Shown piece after piece: positions 37,197-46,901 of a stretch of DNA of 64,000 bases. The first letter of the stretch is position 1. Each line of letters begins with the position of its first letter. The stretch spans positions 16,580 through 80,579 of the forward strand of contig CALAGQ010000047.1 in assembly GCA_937891765.1 (NCBI GenBank), read 5' to 3'. The notes below the pieces were generated by a model. It was not told the DNA's origin. It saw nothing but the letters and a program-made list of their open reading frames with translations, and made no database searches. The position numbers and the translations under genes were made by a program. This DNA is from an uncultured Nitrospina sp. (lineage in GTDB: Bacteria > Nitrospinota > Nitrospinia > Nitrospinales > VA-1).

Positions 37197-38192
37197 ATGC
37201 GGGCTCTGGTTACAGGTGGAGGCGGGTTTCTTGGGGGCGGCATCGCTCAATCTCTCTGCGAAAAAAATCATGACGTTAAAGTTTTGGGTCGACGTCACTA
37301 TTCTCATCTTCCTAAAGCCATCAAATTATGTCAGGGCGATATTCGGGACTTTGATTTCCTTCGCAAGGAGTTTGCGGGCGTGGAAGTTGTATTTCACACT
37401 GCCGCTTTTCCCGGCATTTGGGGCCGGGCAGAGGATTTTTACAGCATCAATGTTGATGGAACCCGTAATGTGATTAAGGCCTGCCTGCTTAACGGCGTGC
37501 AAAAGCTTGTGTTCACCAGTTCTCCCAGTGTCATCTATGGGGACTCAAGTCTTGAAGGCGTGGATGAAACGGCTCCCTACCCAGAGAATTATTTGTGTGA
37601 GTATTCCCGCACCAAGGCGCTTGCCGAAAAACTCGTGACCGAAGCTAATAGTGCATATCTGGCCACGGTATCCATCAGGCCGCATCTCATCTGGGGGCCG
37701 GGAGACCCGCATTTGGTTCCCAGAATTTTAGCAAAAGCCGATAAGGGTCGGTTGCTGCGAGTGGGGCCCGGAGAAAACAAAGTGGATATTATTTATATCG
37801 ACAATGCTGTGTCCGCACACCTCAAAGCCTGTGATGCGTTGGGGGTAGGAAAGCCTCCAGCTGGGAAAGTTTATTTTATCAGCGATGGCGAACCGGTAAA
37901 TTTGTGGAACTGGATCAATGAATTGCTTAAAAAAACAGGCAGGCCTCCTGTCACCCGCAGTATCTCTTACCGAATCGCATTAAAGCTGGGTCATTTGTTG
38001 GAACGAGCATACAATTTTTTAGGGATTAAACAAGAACCTCCTATGACCCGGTTTCTGGCATCACAGTTGGCAACCTCTCATTATTTTAATATTTCCCAGG
38101 CTAAAAATGATTTTGGCTATGAACCGGTGGTGAGTCCTGAGGAGGGAATGAACCGACTCATTCAGTCTCTGTTGGTTCCCCAAGAATGTTGA
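37197..38192 (+). CDS. NAD(P)-dependent 3-beta-hydroxysteroid dehydrogenase/epimerase family protein
   Basis: VTGGGGFLGG Rossmann motif, catalytic YxxxK (YSRTK) and overall extended-SDR pattern. Confidence 0.8.
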   Translation: MRALVTGGGGFLGGGIAQSLCEKNHDVKVLGRRHYSHLPKAIKLCQGDIRDFDFLRKEFAGVEVVFHTAAFPGIWGRAEDFYSINVDGTRNVIKACLLNGVQKLVFTSSPSVIYGDSSLEGVDETAPYPENYLCEYSRTKALAEKLVTEANSAYLATVSIRPHLIWGPGDPHLVPRILAKADKGRLLRVGPGENKVDIIYIDNAVSAHLKACDALGVGKPPAGKVYFISDGEPVNLWNWINELLKKTGRPPVTRSISYRIALKLGHLLERAYNFLGIKQEPPMTRFLASQLATSHYFNISQAKNDFGYEPVVSPEEGMNRLIQSLLVPQEC

Positions 38193-38928
38193 TGCGGTGG
38201 GCCATGCAACCGGCGCCAAATCCGTTGTCGATATTCACGACAGCTATTCCAGTCGCGCAACTGTTTAGCATAGTGAGAAGGGCGGCGACGCCACCAAAGG
38301 ACGACCCATAACCGATACTGGTGGGTACTGCTATGATGGGTTTGTCCACCAGGCCCCCGACCACACTTGCCAGGGCTCCTTCCATTCCCGCCACAACAAT
38401 TACGACTCGCGCTTTCCTGATTTGCTCGAGATTGTTGAAGAGGCGGTGAATCCCTGCGACTCCCACATCAAAAAGGGTTTCTGTTTTGCTTCCCAACAAT
38501 CGAGCTGTGACGGAAGCCTCTTCTGCAATAGGGATGTCTGAGGTCCCTGCGCTGATGATGGTGATCAAACCGCTTTTTTTCCCGGACTTTTTTTTTTCAA
38601 TGACCAGGGTCTGCGCGGCTTCATTGTATTCAGAATTTTTAGGCAGAAAAGATTTTAATTTCTGAAAAATTTCTTTGGATAACTTGGTCGCCAGAACAGA
38701 GTGGCCGGCGCGATTCATACTCTGGATAATTTTCTTTATTTGAGCCACGGTTTTCCCCGGACAATAAATGACTTCGGGCATGCCGCTTCGCAGTTCGCGA
38801 TGATGGTCAACCTTGGCGAAATCCAAGTTTTCAAAGGGCAGGGTTTCAAGCTTTTTCATGGCCTGCTGGGGAGTTAGTTTTTGCTTGTGCAGGTCATTCA
38901 ATAATTTTTTCAAATCCGCGGGGTTCAT
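38158..38928 (-). CDS. larB: Nickel-pincer cofactor biosynthesis protein LarB (PurE-like NaAD carboxylase/hydrolase)
   Basis: PEVIYCPGKT, ISAGTSDIPIAEEA, DVGVAGIHRL, VVAGMEGALASVVGGLV and NIDNGFGAG motifs. Confidence 0.85.
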   Translation of the reverse strand: MNPADLKKLLNDLHKQKLTPQQAMKKLETLPFENLDFAKVDHHRELRSGMPEVIYCPGKTVAQIKKIIQSMNRAGHSVLATKLSKEIFQKLKSFLPKNSEYNEAAQTLVIEKKKSGKKSGLITIISAGTSDIPIAEEASVTARLLGSKTETLFDVGVAGIHRLFNNLEQIRKARVVIVVAGMEGALASVVGGLVDKPIIAVPTSIGYGSSFGGVAALLTMLNSCATGIAVVNIDNGFGAGCMAHRINILGEPTETE

Positions 38929-39941
38929 TCCAAACCCTTTATGCCGGCAAACTCGGTGGATATTTCAACTTTCATCAAGTCTTCCAAAGCCTGAGCGGGC
39001 GATTTGTTTTCATGAAGAACGCGGTAGGTCTCCTCCATGATTGACGCCTGGACGTTGAATTTCTTTATCAGGGAATAAGCCGATTTCACCGTCAAGACAC
39101 CTTCGGCGACCATTTTCATGTTCTCCGTAATTTCTTGCAGGGATTTACCTTGCCCCAGTTGGACTCCCAGTTGCCGGTTGCGGCTCAAGTCTCCGGTGCA
39201 AGTGAGTACAAGGTCTCCAAGACCCGTCAGGCCATAAAAGGTTTCCGGTTTGGCTCCGAGCTTCGTTCCAATCCGGCTGATCTCGACCAGTCCGCGGGTG
39301 ATCAGAGCGGCCCGGGTGTTGAATCCCAAACCCAGTCCATCGGAAATTCCCGTGGCGATAGCGATGACATTTTTCAAAGCACCGCCAATCTCCACTCCTA
39401 CTAAATCGTCGTTGGCAAACACTTTCATTTTATCGGTAGTGAAAAGCTCTTGAACTTGTCTTGCCGTTTCTAGGTTTGCTGCCGAGGCCAACAAGGCGGA
39501 AGGGACACCCTCGGCGACTTCCTTGGCAAACGTCGGGCCGGAAATGGTGGCGGTGGAAACATTTGCACCTAAAACATCCTGAATGATCTGATGGCTGGTG
39601 AAAAGGGTGTCGTTTTCTATTCCCTTACTGGCGCTGATGATGAGGCAGTCCTTTGGAATGAAAGGCTTGAGTTGCGTCAGAGTCTGGCGGATCACATGAG
39701 TAGGAACCACCAGCAGGATCAAGGACGACTGTCCGGCAGTTTGTAAAGATGAAGTAGGGTGGATATTTTCTGGTAAAGGGTGCCGCGGTAAAAACCAGAC
39801 GTTTTCCCGGCTATCGGTCATGGCCTCACACAATTCTTTTTCATACACCCAAAGAGATATATGGCGAAAATTGCTGGCTAGATGAATGGCTAATGCAGTT
39901 CCCCAACTCCCTGCGCCGATGATGGAAATTTTTTCATGCAT
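38925..39941 (-). CDS. gpsA: NAD(P)H-dependent glycerol-3-phosphate dehydrogenase
   Basis: ISIIGAGSWGTALA, SKGIE, GALKNVIAIATG and CTGDLSRN motifs. Confidence 0.93.
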   Translation of the reverse strand: MHEKISIIGAGSWGTALAIHLASNFRHISLWVYEKELCEAMTDSRENVWFLPRHPLPENIHPTSSLQTAGQSSLILLVVPTHVIRQTLTQLKPFIPKDCLIISASKGIENDTLFTSHQIIQDVLGANVSTATISGPTFAKEVAEGVPSALLASAANLETARQVQELFTTDKMKVFANDDLVGVEIGGALKNVIAIATGISDGLGLGFNTRAALITRGLVEISRIGTKLGAKPETFYGLTGLGDLVLTCTGDLSRNRQLGVQLGQGKSLQEITENMKMVAEGVLTVKSAYSLIKKFNVQASIMEETYRVLHENKSPAQALEDLMKVEISTEFAGIKGLE

Positions 39942-40126
39942 AGGTTAAAGCCCTTTTAACAAGATATCTCAGGCATTATAGCGAATTCAGCCTTGTATTG
40001 CTGAGAGAAATGGCTTGTTTGGGGTTTGCCTTTATGATTAAATGAAGTCATCAATATATAATCCAAATATAATCTAAGTTGATCGTTAATTTTTAAATAT
40101 TCCTCTATTACATCAAGGTTCACCTC

Positions 40127-40795
40127 ATGGCCAAGCGTTTAAAAGTCAGCCGAAAAGACTTATTTAAGGAAGAAGATCAATTTTTATCCGCCTCTGAAAA
40201 AGCCATGATTTTCTTTTTGGCCAACCGTTCTGCCGTTATTGGTGGGATCGTTTCCATCATCGTGGTGGGTTCTTCTTTCTTAGGCTTCAGATATTATCAG
40301 GACGCGCAGGCCATGAAGAATGAGGCGTTCTATTTTGAAATGGTGAAAATTGTTGACACTTCCAGTAGCCCCGCTTCTGACGCGAAACTGGTCTGGGGAA
40401 AAATGGGAGATAGTCCGCAAAAAGAACGGGCGTCATTATTATTGGGCGATGTCCATTTTGAAAACCAGGAGTACGATAAAGCCGAGGCGCTTTACTCAGC
40501 GGTGTTGAGTCATTCCTCCTCGGATCAAATCAATCACCAGCTGGCACAGGTTGGGTTGGCGTACAGCTATGAGTCCAGAAAAGACTATAAAAAGGCTATT
40601 GGTTTGTTTAAATCGATCATCGACGCAAATACAGGTTTCCCCTTGTTCGAAGTATATTTGAGCCTTGCAAAATGCCATGAGTTGAATAGCGATGTGTCCA
40701 ACGCATTGCTGATTTTAAGAGAAATACAGATGAAGTTTTCCGAAAATCCAAACCTGGATAAAATTGAAGACCGCATCAAACAGCTTTCTGCCTGA
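40127..40795 (+). CDS. Membrane-anchored TPR-like protein (YfgM-like architecture)
   Basis: Charged N-terminus, a single TM helix, then TPR-like helical repeats. Confidence 0.55.
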   Translation: MAKRLKVSRKDLFKEEDQFLSASEKAMIFFLANRSAVIGGIVSIIVVGSSFLGFRYYQDAQAMKNEAFYFEMVKIVDTSSSPASDAKLVWGKMGDSPQKERASLLLGDVHFENQEYDKAEALYSAVLSHSSSDQINHQLAQVGLAYSYESRKDYKKAIGLFKSIIDANTGFPLFEVYLSLAKCHELNSDVSNALLILREIQMKFSENPNLDKIEDRIKQLSA

Positions 40796-40913
40796 TTGTC
40801 TAACGGTCCACTCGCCGTGGGCACAATGAGCAAGAACTTGTTAGGCTCGTAGGAAAAGCTTTGGATAGCAAAAAGCTATTGCTATTCTCCAACGAAGGTT
40901 CTCCGCGACTTTT

Positions 40914-41984
40914 ATGCCGAAAATATCTAGAAATTTCATATTTGCTCCCCTTTTGGCTCTCCTTGTTTTATTCTACCCGGTTGATACTCTTTCCGTCCCC
41001 TTCATTTCTCAGGAAACAGAATTGGCCATGGGCAAGGGTGCCGATCAGCAAATCACACAGCAATACGGGATTTATCAAGATAAGGAACTCCAGCTATACG
41101 TCAACCGAATAGGGCAGAAACTTGTCTCTAAACTTTCTGACAGGGTTTTTTCGAGTTACTATTTTCGCATTGTGGACAGTTCGGATATCAACGCATTTGC
41201 TTTGCCCGGCGGCTATGTCTATGTGACTCTTGGCCTCATGGCCATGGTGAACAGCGAGGCAGAACTTGCCGGAATTTTAGGGCATGAGATTGGACACATC
41301 ATATTTCATCATGGTGCCAAGCAGATGGTACGGAGTATAGGTTCGCAGATTTTAGCCCTGGGAGGAGCGATTGCAAGTCCGAAGAACGCGGGGCAATGGT
41401 TGACGGTCAGCACAGCCATGTTCCAGCAAATCAATATGGGATATGGCCGGGAGGCAGAAATTGAGTCGGACGAACATGGGATATTGAATGGTATGGAAGC
41501 AGGGTACAGTCCGTTTGGGATGTCCGGGTTCCTAAAAAGCCTTAGGCGCAAGGAGATCATGTCCGGTCAATCCTATCACGCTTTTCAAGCGAGCCATCCA
41601 GATACCCGTGATCGGATTGTCAAAGCCGGACTTTTAGCCGGACGCATGAGCGATGAGCCGGAGAGCGTGAACAGCTATCGCGAGCGATATTTAAATCAAA
41701 TTCGCGGTTTGAAATATGAAGGACAAAAACATGGTGAGGATAGAAAACGTCACAAGCCTCAGTATATTGATATCTATGAAGTAAGAAAAGGCGACACGTT
41801 CCAGAGTATTGCGGAAAAAGAGTTGGGGAACAAGCGCGAGGATCTGGATATCTCTGTCATGAATGGACGAAAAGAATCCAGCCAACCCAAACCCGGCGAG
41901 TTATTGAAGATAGTGAGAAACGGAAAATTTAAAAAAGACAAATTTCTTCATATCAAACCTGACTCCACACCTGACCCGAAATAA
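40914..41984 (+). CDS. M48-family zinc metalloprotease with a C-terminal LysM-like segment
   Basis: Signal sequence, HEIGHIIFHH (HExxH) and downstream EIESDEHG. The C-terminal YEVRKGDTFQSIAEKELG resembles LysM. Confidence 0.8.
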   Translation: MPKISRNFIFAPLLALLVLFYPVDTLSVPFISQETELAMGKGADQQITQQYGIYQDKELQLYVNRIGQKLVSKLSDRVFSSYYFRIVDSSDINAFALPGGYVYVTLGLMAMVNSEAELAGILGHEIGHIIFHHGAKQMVRSIGSQILALGGAIASPKNAGQWLTVSTAMFQQINMGYGREAEIESDEHGILNGMEAGYSPFGMSGFLKSLRRKEIMSGQSYHAFQASHPDTRDRIVKAGLLAGRMSDEPESVNSYRERYLNQIRGLKYEGQKHGEDRKRHKPQYIDIYEVRKGDTFQSIAEKELGNKREDLDISVMNGRKESSQPKPGELLKIVRNGKFKKDKFLHIKPDSTPDPK

Positions 41985-41998
41985 AACGAGCATTTATC

Positions 41999-42181
41999 TT
42001 GGAAGAATTATTGCTGGATAAATCGCAGACCGTGCACCTCAAACCTGAAGGTGAAATCTGCAACCGCCTCAAGCAGGGCACCCGTGTCAAAATTATAAAA
42101 AGAAAAGGCGACTGGGTTCACATCACATGGCGCAGCGGAAAAAAGAAAGGCTGGATCTCACTAGGTGTGGGGCCAATGTGA
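41999..42181 (+). CDS. Small SH3b-like protein (60 aa)
   Basis: GTRVKIIKRKGDWVHITWRSGKKKGWIS resembles bacterial SH3 domains. TTG start; short ORF. Confidence 0.4.
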   Translation: MEELLLDKSQTVHLKPEGEICNRLKQGTRVKIIKRKGDWVHITWRSGKKKGWISLGVGPM

Positions 42182-42340
42182 TGATTTTTTCTCCATGATT
42201 ACGTTTTTACTCTCCCTAGCTGCCCTTATTGTTAAATCAGTAATCAAAGGGTAGAGGCCTTAGTAAAGGGGGCAAGTCCACTATTGACGGTAAGTTGGTA
42301 GCTTTTATTTTTTCACTCCCTAGTGGGGGCTCCTCGCATA

Positions 42341-42383
42341 AAAAAACCCCGACAGCCTTAGGCTGCCGGGGTTTTTATTTTTG
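42341..42383. terminator. Bidirectional rho-independent terminator (serves aconitase on the minus strand and the SH3b/M48 unit on the plus strand)
   Basis: AAAAAAA-CCCCGACAGCC-TTA-GGCTGCCGGGG-TTTTTATTTTT: a GC-rich 11-bp stem (one mismatch) flanked by an A-run and a T-run, 14 nt from the aconitase stop. Confidence 0.85.
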
Positions 42384-42396
42384 CGCATTACGATAA

Positions 42397-44655
42397 CTAC
42401 TTTTGCGAACCGACGTAGTTGAGAGCCGACCCAGCCTGGAACCATTTGATCTCGTCAGCGTTGAGAGTATGGTTGGCCTGAATAGAATCGCTGGATCCAT
42501 CTTCGTGTTTGATCGTCAGCGTAACCGGTTTGCCCGGAGCTATTTGATCAAGGCCTGCACAAGTGACTCTGTCTTTTGCCTGAATCTTGTCGTAGTCCGC
42601 TTTATTGGCAAACGTGAGAGGCAGGACGGCCTGCTTTTTCAAGTTGGCTTCAAAGATGCGGGCGTAGGAGTTCGAAACAAATGCGCGGCACCCCATATGG
42701 CGTGGCTCCATAGCCGCATGTTCACGACTGGAACCCTCACCTACATTTTCATCAGCAAAGGCCACCCAACCTAATCCAGAATCTTTCAGGTTGCGGGCGA
42801 TTTTGTTGAGTTCCTGATCTTTCTCTCCGGTTACCGGATTATTGCCTTGTCCGGTCTCTGGATGAAAAGCGTTGGTTGCACCGAGGAACATATTGTTGCT
42901 GATATTGTCCAGATGTCCGCGGAATTTGAGCCACGGACCTGCTTGGGAAATATGGTCGGTGGTACATTTGCCACTGGCCTTGAACAATACGGGAAGGTCT
43001 TGATAGTCCTTGACCGGGTCCTGTTTTGGAAAAGGATCGAGAATCGCCAGTCGTTCACTGGTCGGGTCGACGACGACTTCGCCTGACATGGTCGGGGCTT
43101 CATAACCCGCATCTTGTGGGGTGTACCCATTGGGCGGAAGAACTTCTCCCTCCGGCGGTTGAAATTTAAAATCGTTGCCGTCCTTGTCCTTCAAGGTGTC
43201 CGTTAACGGGTTAAATTTCATGGAACCGGCAAATGCCATTGCTACTACAAGTTCCGGGCTGCTGATGAATCCCAAAGTTTCCGGGTTGCCATCGTTACGC
43301 TTGGCGAAGTTGCGGTTGTAGGATGTGAGGATGCTGTTTTTATCCCCTTTCTTCATGTCGTCCCGTTTCCATTGTCCGATGCAGGGGCCACAGGCATTAG
43401 CCAGAACCGTTGCTCCAACATCTTCAAACTCTTGAAGGATGCCGTCACGCTTGATGGTCTGGTAAATGGTTTCTGATCCCGGGGTGACCATCAAGTTGGA
43501 TTGGGATTTAAGACCAGCCGCTTTGGCTTGTCGGACAAGGCTGACTGCACGGGTCATGTCTTCATAACTGGAATTCGTGCAGGAACCGATCAACGCGGCG
43601 GAAAGTTTTTCCGGGTAGTTTTTTTCATCGACTTCCGCGCTCATTGCAGATACCGGTCGGCCCAGATCCGGCGTATGCGGGCCAACGATATGGGGCTCTA
43701 GGGTGCTGAGATCGATTTCATAATATTCATCGTAGTATTTTTTCGGGTCCGCTTCTACAGAAGGATCAGACCGTAAATGATCGGCGTATTGTTTGCACAG
43801 GTCGGCAATGGGGCCACGGTCTGTAGCGCGTAGATATGGATCCATCATATCGTCATAACCGAAGGTGGATGTCGTGGCACCAATTTCTGCGCCCATATTG
43901 GTGATGGTGCCTTTGCCGGTGGCGCTCATGCTTCGGGCTCCTTCGCCAAAGTACTCGACGATTTTTCCGGTTCCACCATTAACGGTCAGCATGGTAGCTA
44001 CTTTCAGGATGACATCCTTCGATGCTGTCCAGCCGCTCAGTTTGCCGGTCAATTTAATACCCACCAGTTTTGGCATTTTGGTCATGAAAGGCTGGCTGGT
44101 CATGACATCGACCGCATCGGCACCACCCACGCCAATGGCGATGGTGCCCATGCCGCCGGCATTAGGGGTGTGAGAGTCGGTTCCAATCATCATGGTTCCG
44201 GGACAGGCATAGTTCTCATAAACCACCTGATGGATGATTCCCGAACCCGGCTTCCAGAATCCCATGCCATATTTCATCGCGGCGGAACGCAAAAAGTCGT
44301 ACACTTCCTTGTTGGTCTTTTCTGCCGCTACAAGGTCTGCCATGGCTCCTGTGTAAGCTTGGATCAAATGATCACAGTGTACAGTGGTGGGAACAGCTAC
44401 CTTGGGCATTTTGGCCGAGATAAACTGGAGAATGGCCATCTGCGCAGTCGCATCCTGCATGGCCACCCGGTCGGGACTAAGAAAAATATCGGAAACACCA
44501 CGCTCTAGTTTAGAATAGTCAGTGTTGGGATCCATATGGGTGAAAAGGATTTTTTCGACAATGGTGAGATCCCGGCCCAGGTTTTTGCGGGCGGCATCAC
44601 AAATGCTTGCGTAGGACTTAAACAGCTTTTCAATTGGGGCAATTTCCATTAGCAT
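42397..44655 (-). CDS. acn: Aconitate hydratase, ~750-aa (mitochondrial-like) type
   Basis: Aconitase motifs: IGTDSHT, the GSCTNSS and NACGPCIGQW cluster-ligand regions, and a swivel domain at the C-terminus. At 752 aa it is shorter than AcnA or AcnB. Confidence 0.92.
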   Translation of the reverse strand: MLMEIAPIEKLFKSYASICDAARKNLGRDLTIVEKILFTHMDPNTDYSKLERGVSDIFLSPDRVAMQDATAQMAILQFISAKMPKVAVPTTVHCDHLIQAYTGAMADLVAAEKTNKEVYDFLRSAAMKYGMGFWKPGSGIIHQVVYENYACPGTMMIGTDSHTPNAGGMGTIAIGVGGADAVDVMTSQPFMTKMPKLVGIKLTGKLSGWTASKDVILKVATMLTVNGGTGKIVEYFGEGARSMSATGKGTITNMGAEIGATTSTFGYDDMMDPYLRATDRGPIADLCKQYADHLRSDPSVEADPKKYYDEYYEIDLSTLEPHIVGPHTPDLGRPVSAMSAEVDEKNYPEKLSAALIGSCTNSSYEDMTRAVSLVRQAKAAGLKSQSNLMVTPGSETIYQTIKRDGILQEFEDVGATVLANACGPCIGQWKRDDMKKGDKNSILTSYNRNFAKRNDGNPETLGFISSPELVVAMAFAGSMKFNPLTDTLKDKDGNDFKFQPPEGEVLPPNGYTPQDAGYEAPTMSGEVVVDPTSERLAILDPFPKQDPVKDYQDLPVLFKASGKCTTDHISQAGPWLKFRGHLDNISNNMFLGATNAFHPETGQGNNPVTGEKDQELNKIARNLKDSGLGWVAFADENVGEGSSREHAAMEPRHMGCRAFVSNSYARIFEANLKKQAVLPLTFANKADYDKIQAKDRVTCAGLDQIAPGKPVTLTIKHEDGSSDSIQANHTLNADEIKWFQAGSALNYVGSQK

Positions 44656-44855
44656 GAGACTTCACCTTATTTTAAGATAGGGTTACAAATAAAAGACCAC
44701 GGGTTGCCGGGCCAAATTTTAGTATTATAAAGAACCGCTTTTCGAGGCGCATATTTTGGCATGGATTCAAACAGATTTCAATTTATTTCAAAACCATGCC
44801 CAGCAATGGTGTGCTGCTAAATAATTCAACTATTTATGAGATTAGCCACTAGCTC

Positions 44856-45632
44856 TTGCCAGTAAGGTTTATGTCTTCAATTTTCGACTCACAGGCTTTC
44901 AACGCGAATCTGTTTTTTCCCCGTCAGGATACCGCTCCCACACCCGAAGATTCCGAGGATATTCAGGTGCAGGTCGCACCGGAAACGACGGTCCATGTCC
45001 GCCGCCATCCATCGGCCGAGGCCCGCTTCAGTTTGTTGTTCTTTCACGGCAATGGCGAAATTGTCTCGGACTACGACAACCTGGCAGCACATTTCAGCGT
45101 TATGGGAGCGGAGTTGATCGTCGCCGATTTTCGCGGTTATGGCAGGAGTACCGGGTTCCCGACGCTAAGAAACTCACTGGAAGATGCTCATAAAATTTTT
45201 GAGCAACTGAAATCAACCGGCAAGTTTAGGGAAAAAGTCTGTATCATGGGGCGATCCTTGGGTAGCGCACCAACGCTGGAACTTTGTGCCAAACGTTCGG
45301 ATGTGGCCGGTTGTGTTCTCGAAAGCGGTTATGCCGACCCGATTCCTCTGGTAGAGCGGCGAGGGTTAAGAATCGATAAGACCACACCCGAAGAAGACGC
45401 ACTTTTTAACAACAGCGAGAAGATCCGCTCGGTGCAGTGTCCGCTTCTCATCATGCATGGGGCCGATGATTTTTTGATCGCTCCGCATGAGGCCAAATTG
45501 AATTACGATAATGCCGGGTCTGAAATAAAGCATCTGGAAATTTTGGAAGGGGTAGGGCATAACGATATGATGATGTCGGGTTCTTATTTCACCAGCTTAA
45601 AACAGTTTTTTGATATTTGGAGTTCATTGTGA
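44856..45632 (+). CDS. Alpha/beta hydrolase (Bem46/ABHD13-like pattern)
   Basis: FFHGNGE, nucleophile elbow GRSLGS, HGADDFLI and GVGHND (Ser-Asp-His triad pattern). Confidence 0.78.
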   Translation: MPVRFMSSIFDSQAFNANLFFPRQDTAPTPEDSEDIQVQVAPETTVHVRRHPSAEARFSLLFFHGNGEIVSDYDNLAAHFSVMGAELIVADFRGYGRSTGFPTLRNSLEDAHKIFEQLKSTGKFREKVCIMGRSLGSAPTLELCAKRSDVAGCVLESGYADPIPLVERRGLRIDKTTPEEDALFNNSEKIRSVQCPLLIMHGADDFLIAPHEAKLNYDNAGSEIKHLEILEGVGHNDMMMSGSYFTSLKQFFDIWSSL

Positions 45633-46822
45633 AAAAATATTACAACATCGAGGGACTGATCCGGAACGGATTCAAATTGAGCCGTGACTATGAAGCCCTC
45701 GATTTCAGTCACGCCAAGTTCGGCGATGACGCGGTGCAGGCGCTGGTCAAATCACGATCCATCAAGCAGTTGCGAAGGTTGACCATCAGCGGAAAAAAAT
45801 TGACTGCGCTTTCGGCTCAGGCATTAGCCCAGTCCAATAGTATGCCTAATCTGGAATCCCTGAAACTGTATAAAAATAATATTGGCGATGAGGGCATGAA
45901 ATATTTCGCCGAATCCGACAAACTGCCTCGCCTTAAATCCTTTCGGCTGGCGTGGAATGACATTGGACCCGAAGGGGCCAAGCATCTGGCTGAATCTCCT
46001 AATTTTGAAGCGCTGACTTCTTTGGCGCTGTCGGAAAACCGCATCGGTGATGAAGGGTTGAAGTATCTGGCGGAGTCCAAGAACTTGAGCAGTCTTGAGC
46101 TTATAGATCTCAGAAAAAACCAGATCACCGATGAAGGGGCCAAGGCCCTGGCCAAAAGCAAATACCTGCCAAAACTGCAGACGATAGATCTTTCCGCCAA
46201 CGCCTTAACTCAGGAGGGCCTGAACGCTCTGGCCGAATTTAAAATCTTCAACCTCATCCGTGCTCGAATCGGCGAAGAGGGCACCAAACTCGACCTCAGC
46301 AATCTGCATATTGGCGATGTGGAATGCAAATGTATCGCTGAATGTGAAGAGTTGAAAGACCTGACCCACCTATATTTGGAGCTTAATAAAATCACCGGGA
46401 AAGGCATGGAGCTTCTTGCGGGTAGTGAACATTTGAAAAACCTGACCCTGCTGTCTCTCGACCGTAATAAAATCGGCGATGAAGGATTCATACACATTCT
46501 TAAATCAGAATCCTTGCAGAACCTTCAGGTGCTGATGGTGGAAAATAACGGCATCACCGATGAAGGCCTCAAAGCCCTCTGTGAAGAGGCGTGCATGACC
46601 TACCTGCTACGTCTCTACATAGAAGAAAACGAAACTACCGAAGAAGGTTTTGAACTTTTGGCCGACCCCGAACATTTGCAACAACTCGAATACCCCGAGT
46701 TCGAGCGCGAAGAAGAAATGGAAGAAGAGGAAGAAGAGGAAGAAGAATTCGAAGATGTCGAAGACATCGAAGAAATCGAGGAGGAAGAAGACCTCGACGA
46801 AACCGAATACGAAAGCCAATAG
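45617..46822 (+). CDS. Leucine-rich-repeat protein, RNI type, with poly-Glu C-terminal tail (about 400 aa)
   Basis: About ten ~28-residue repeats (L..L.L..N.IGDEG.K.LAES..L). The acidic tail is EEEMEEEEEEEEEFEDVEDIEEIEEEED. The likely start is GTG 45629, overlapping the hydrolase TGA stop (GTGA). Confidence 0.82.
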   Translation: MEFIVKKYYNIEGLIRNGFKLSRDYEALDFSHAKFGDDAVQALVKSRSIKQLRRLTISGKKLTALSAQALAQSNSMPNLESLKLYKNNIGDEGMKYFAESDKLPRLKSFRLAWNDIGPEGAKHLAESPNFEALTSLALSENRIGDEGLKYLAESKNLSSLELIDLRKNQITDEGAKALAKSKYLPKLQTIDLSANALTQEGLNALAEFKIFNLIRARIGEEGTKLDLSNLHIGDVECKCIAECEELKDLTHLYLELNKITGKGMELLAGSEHLKNLTLLSLDRNKIGDEGFIHILKSESLQNLQVLMVENNGITDEGLKALCEEACMTYLLRLYIEENETTEEGFELLADPEHLQQLEYPEFEREEEMEEEEEEEEEFEDVEDIEEIEEEEDLDETEYESQ

Positions 46823-46901
46823 CCGGCGAGCCGCCGGTGGCAAAAGGCAACGACATTACTCCCCTTAATGGGGCTTGACCAATGGGCTGCACGCCGAGTG
46901 G

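Noticed and set aside
42206-42329. Two copies of a TTTTT(A/C)ACTC(TC)CCTAG-like motif about 100 nt apart, next to the aconitase terminator
   Set aside because: There are only two imperfect copies in an AT-rich spacer, and no convincing secondary structure or ORF is associated. They may be REP-like, but the evidence is too weak.
46607-46892. Three extra ORFs (two minus, one plus) over the end of the LRR gene
   Set aside because: They are artefacts of the GAA/GAG-rich poly-Glu coding repeat, which stays open in several frames. The translations are poly-Phe/Leu or poly-Lys/Arg low complexity.
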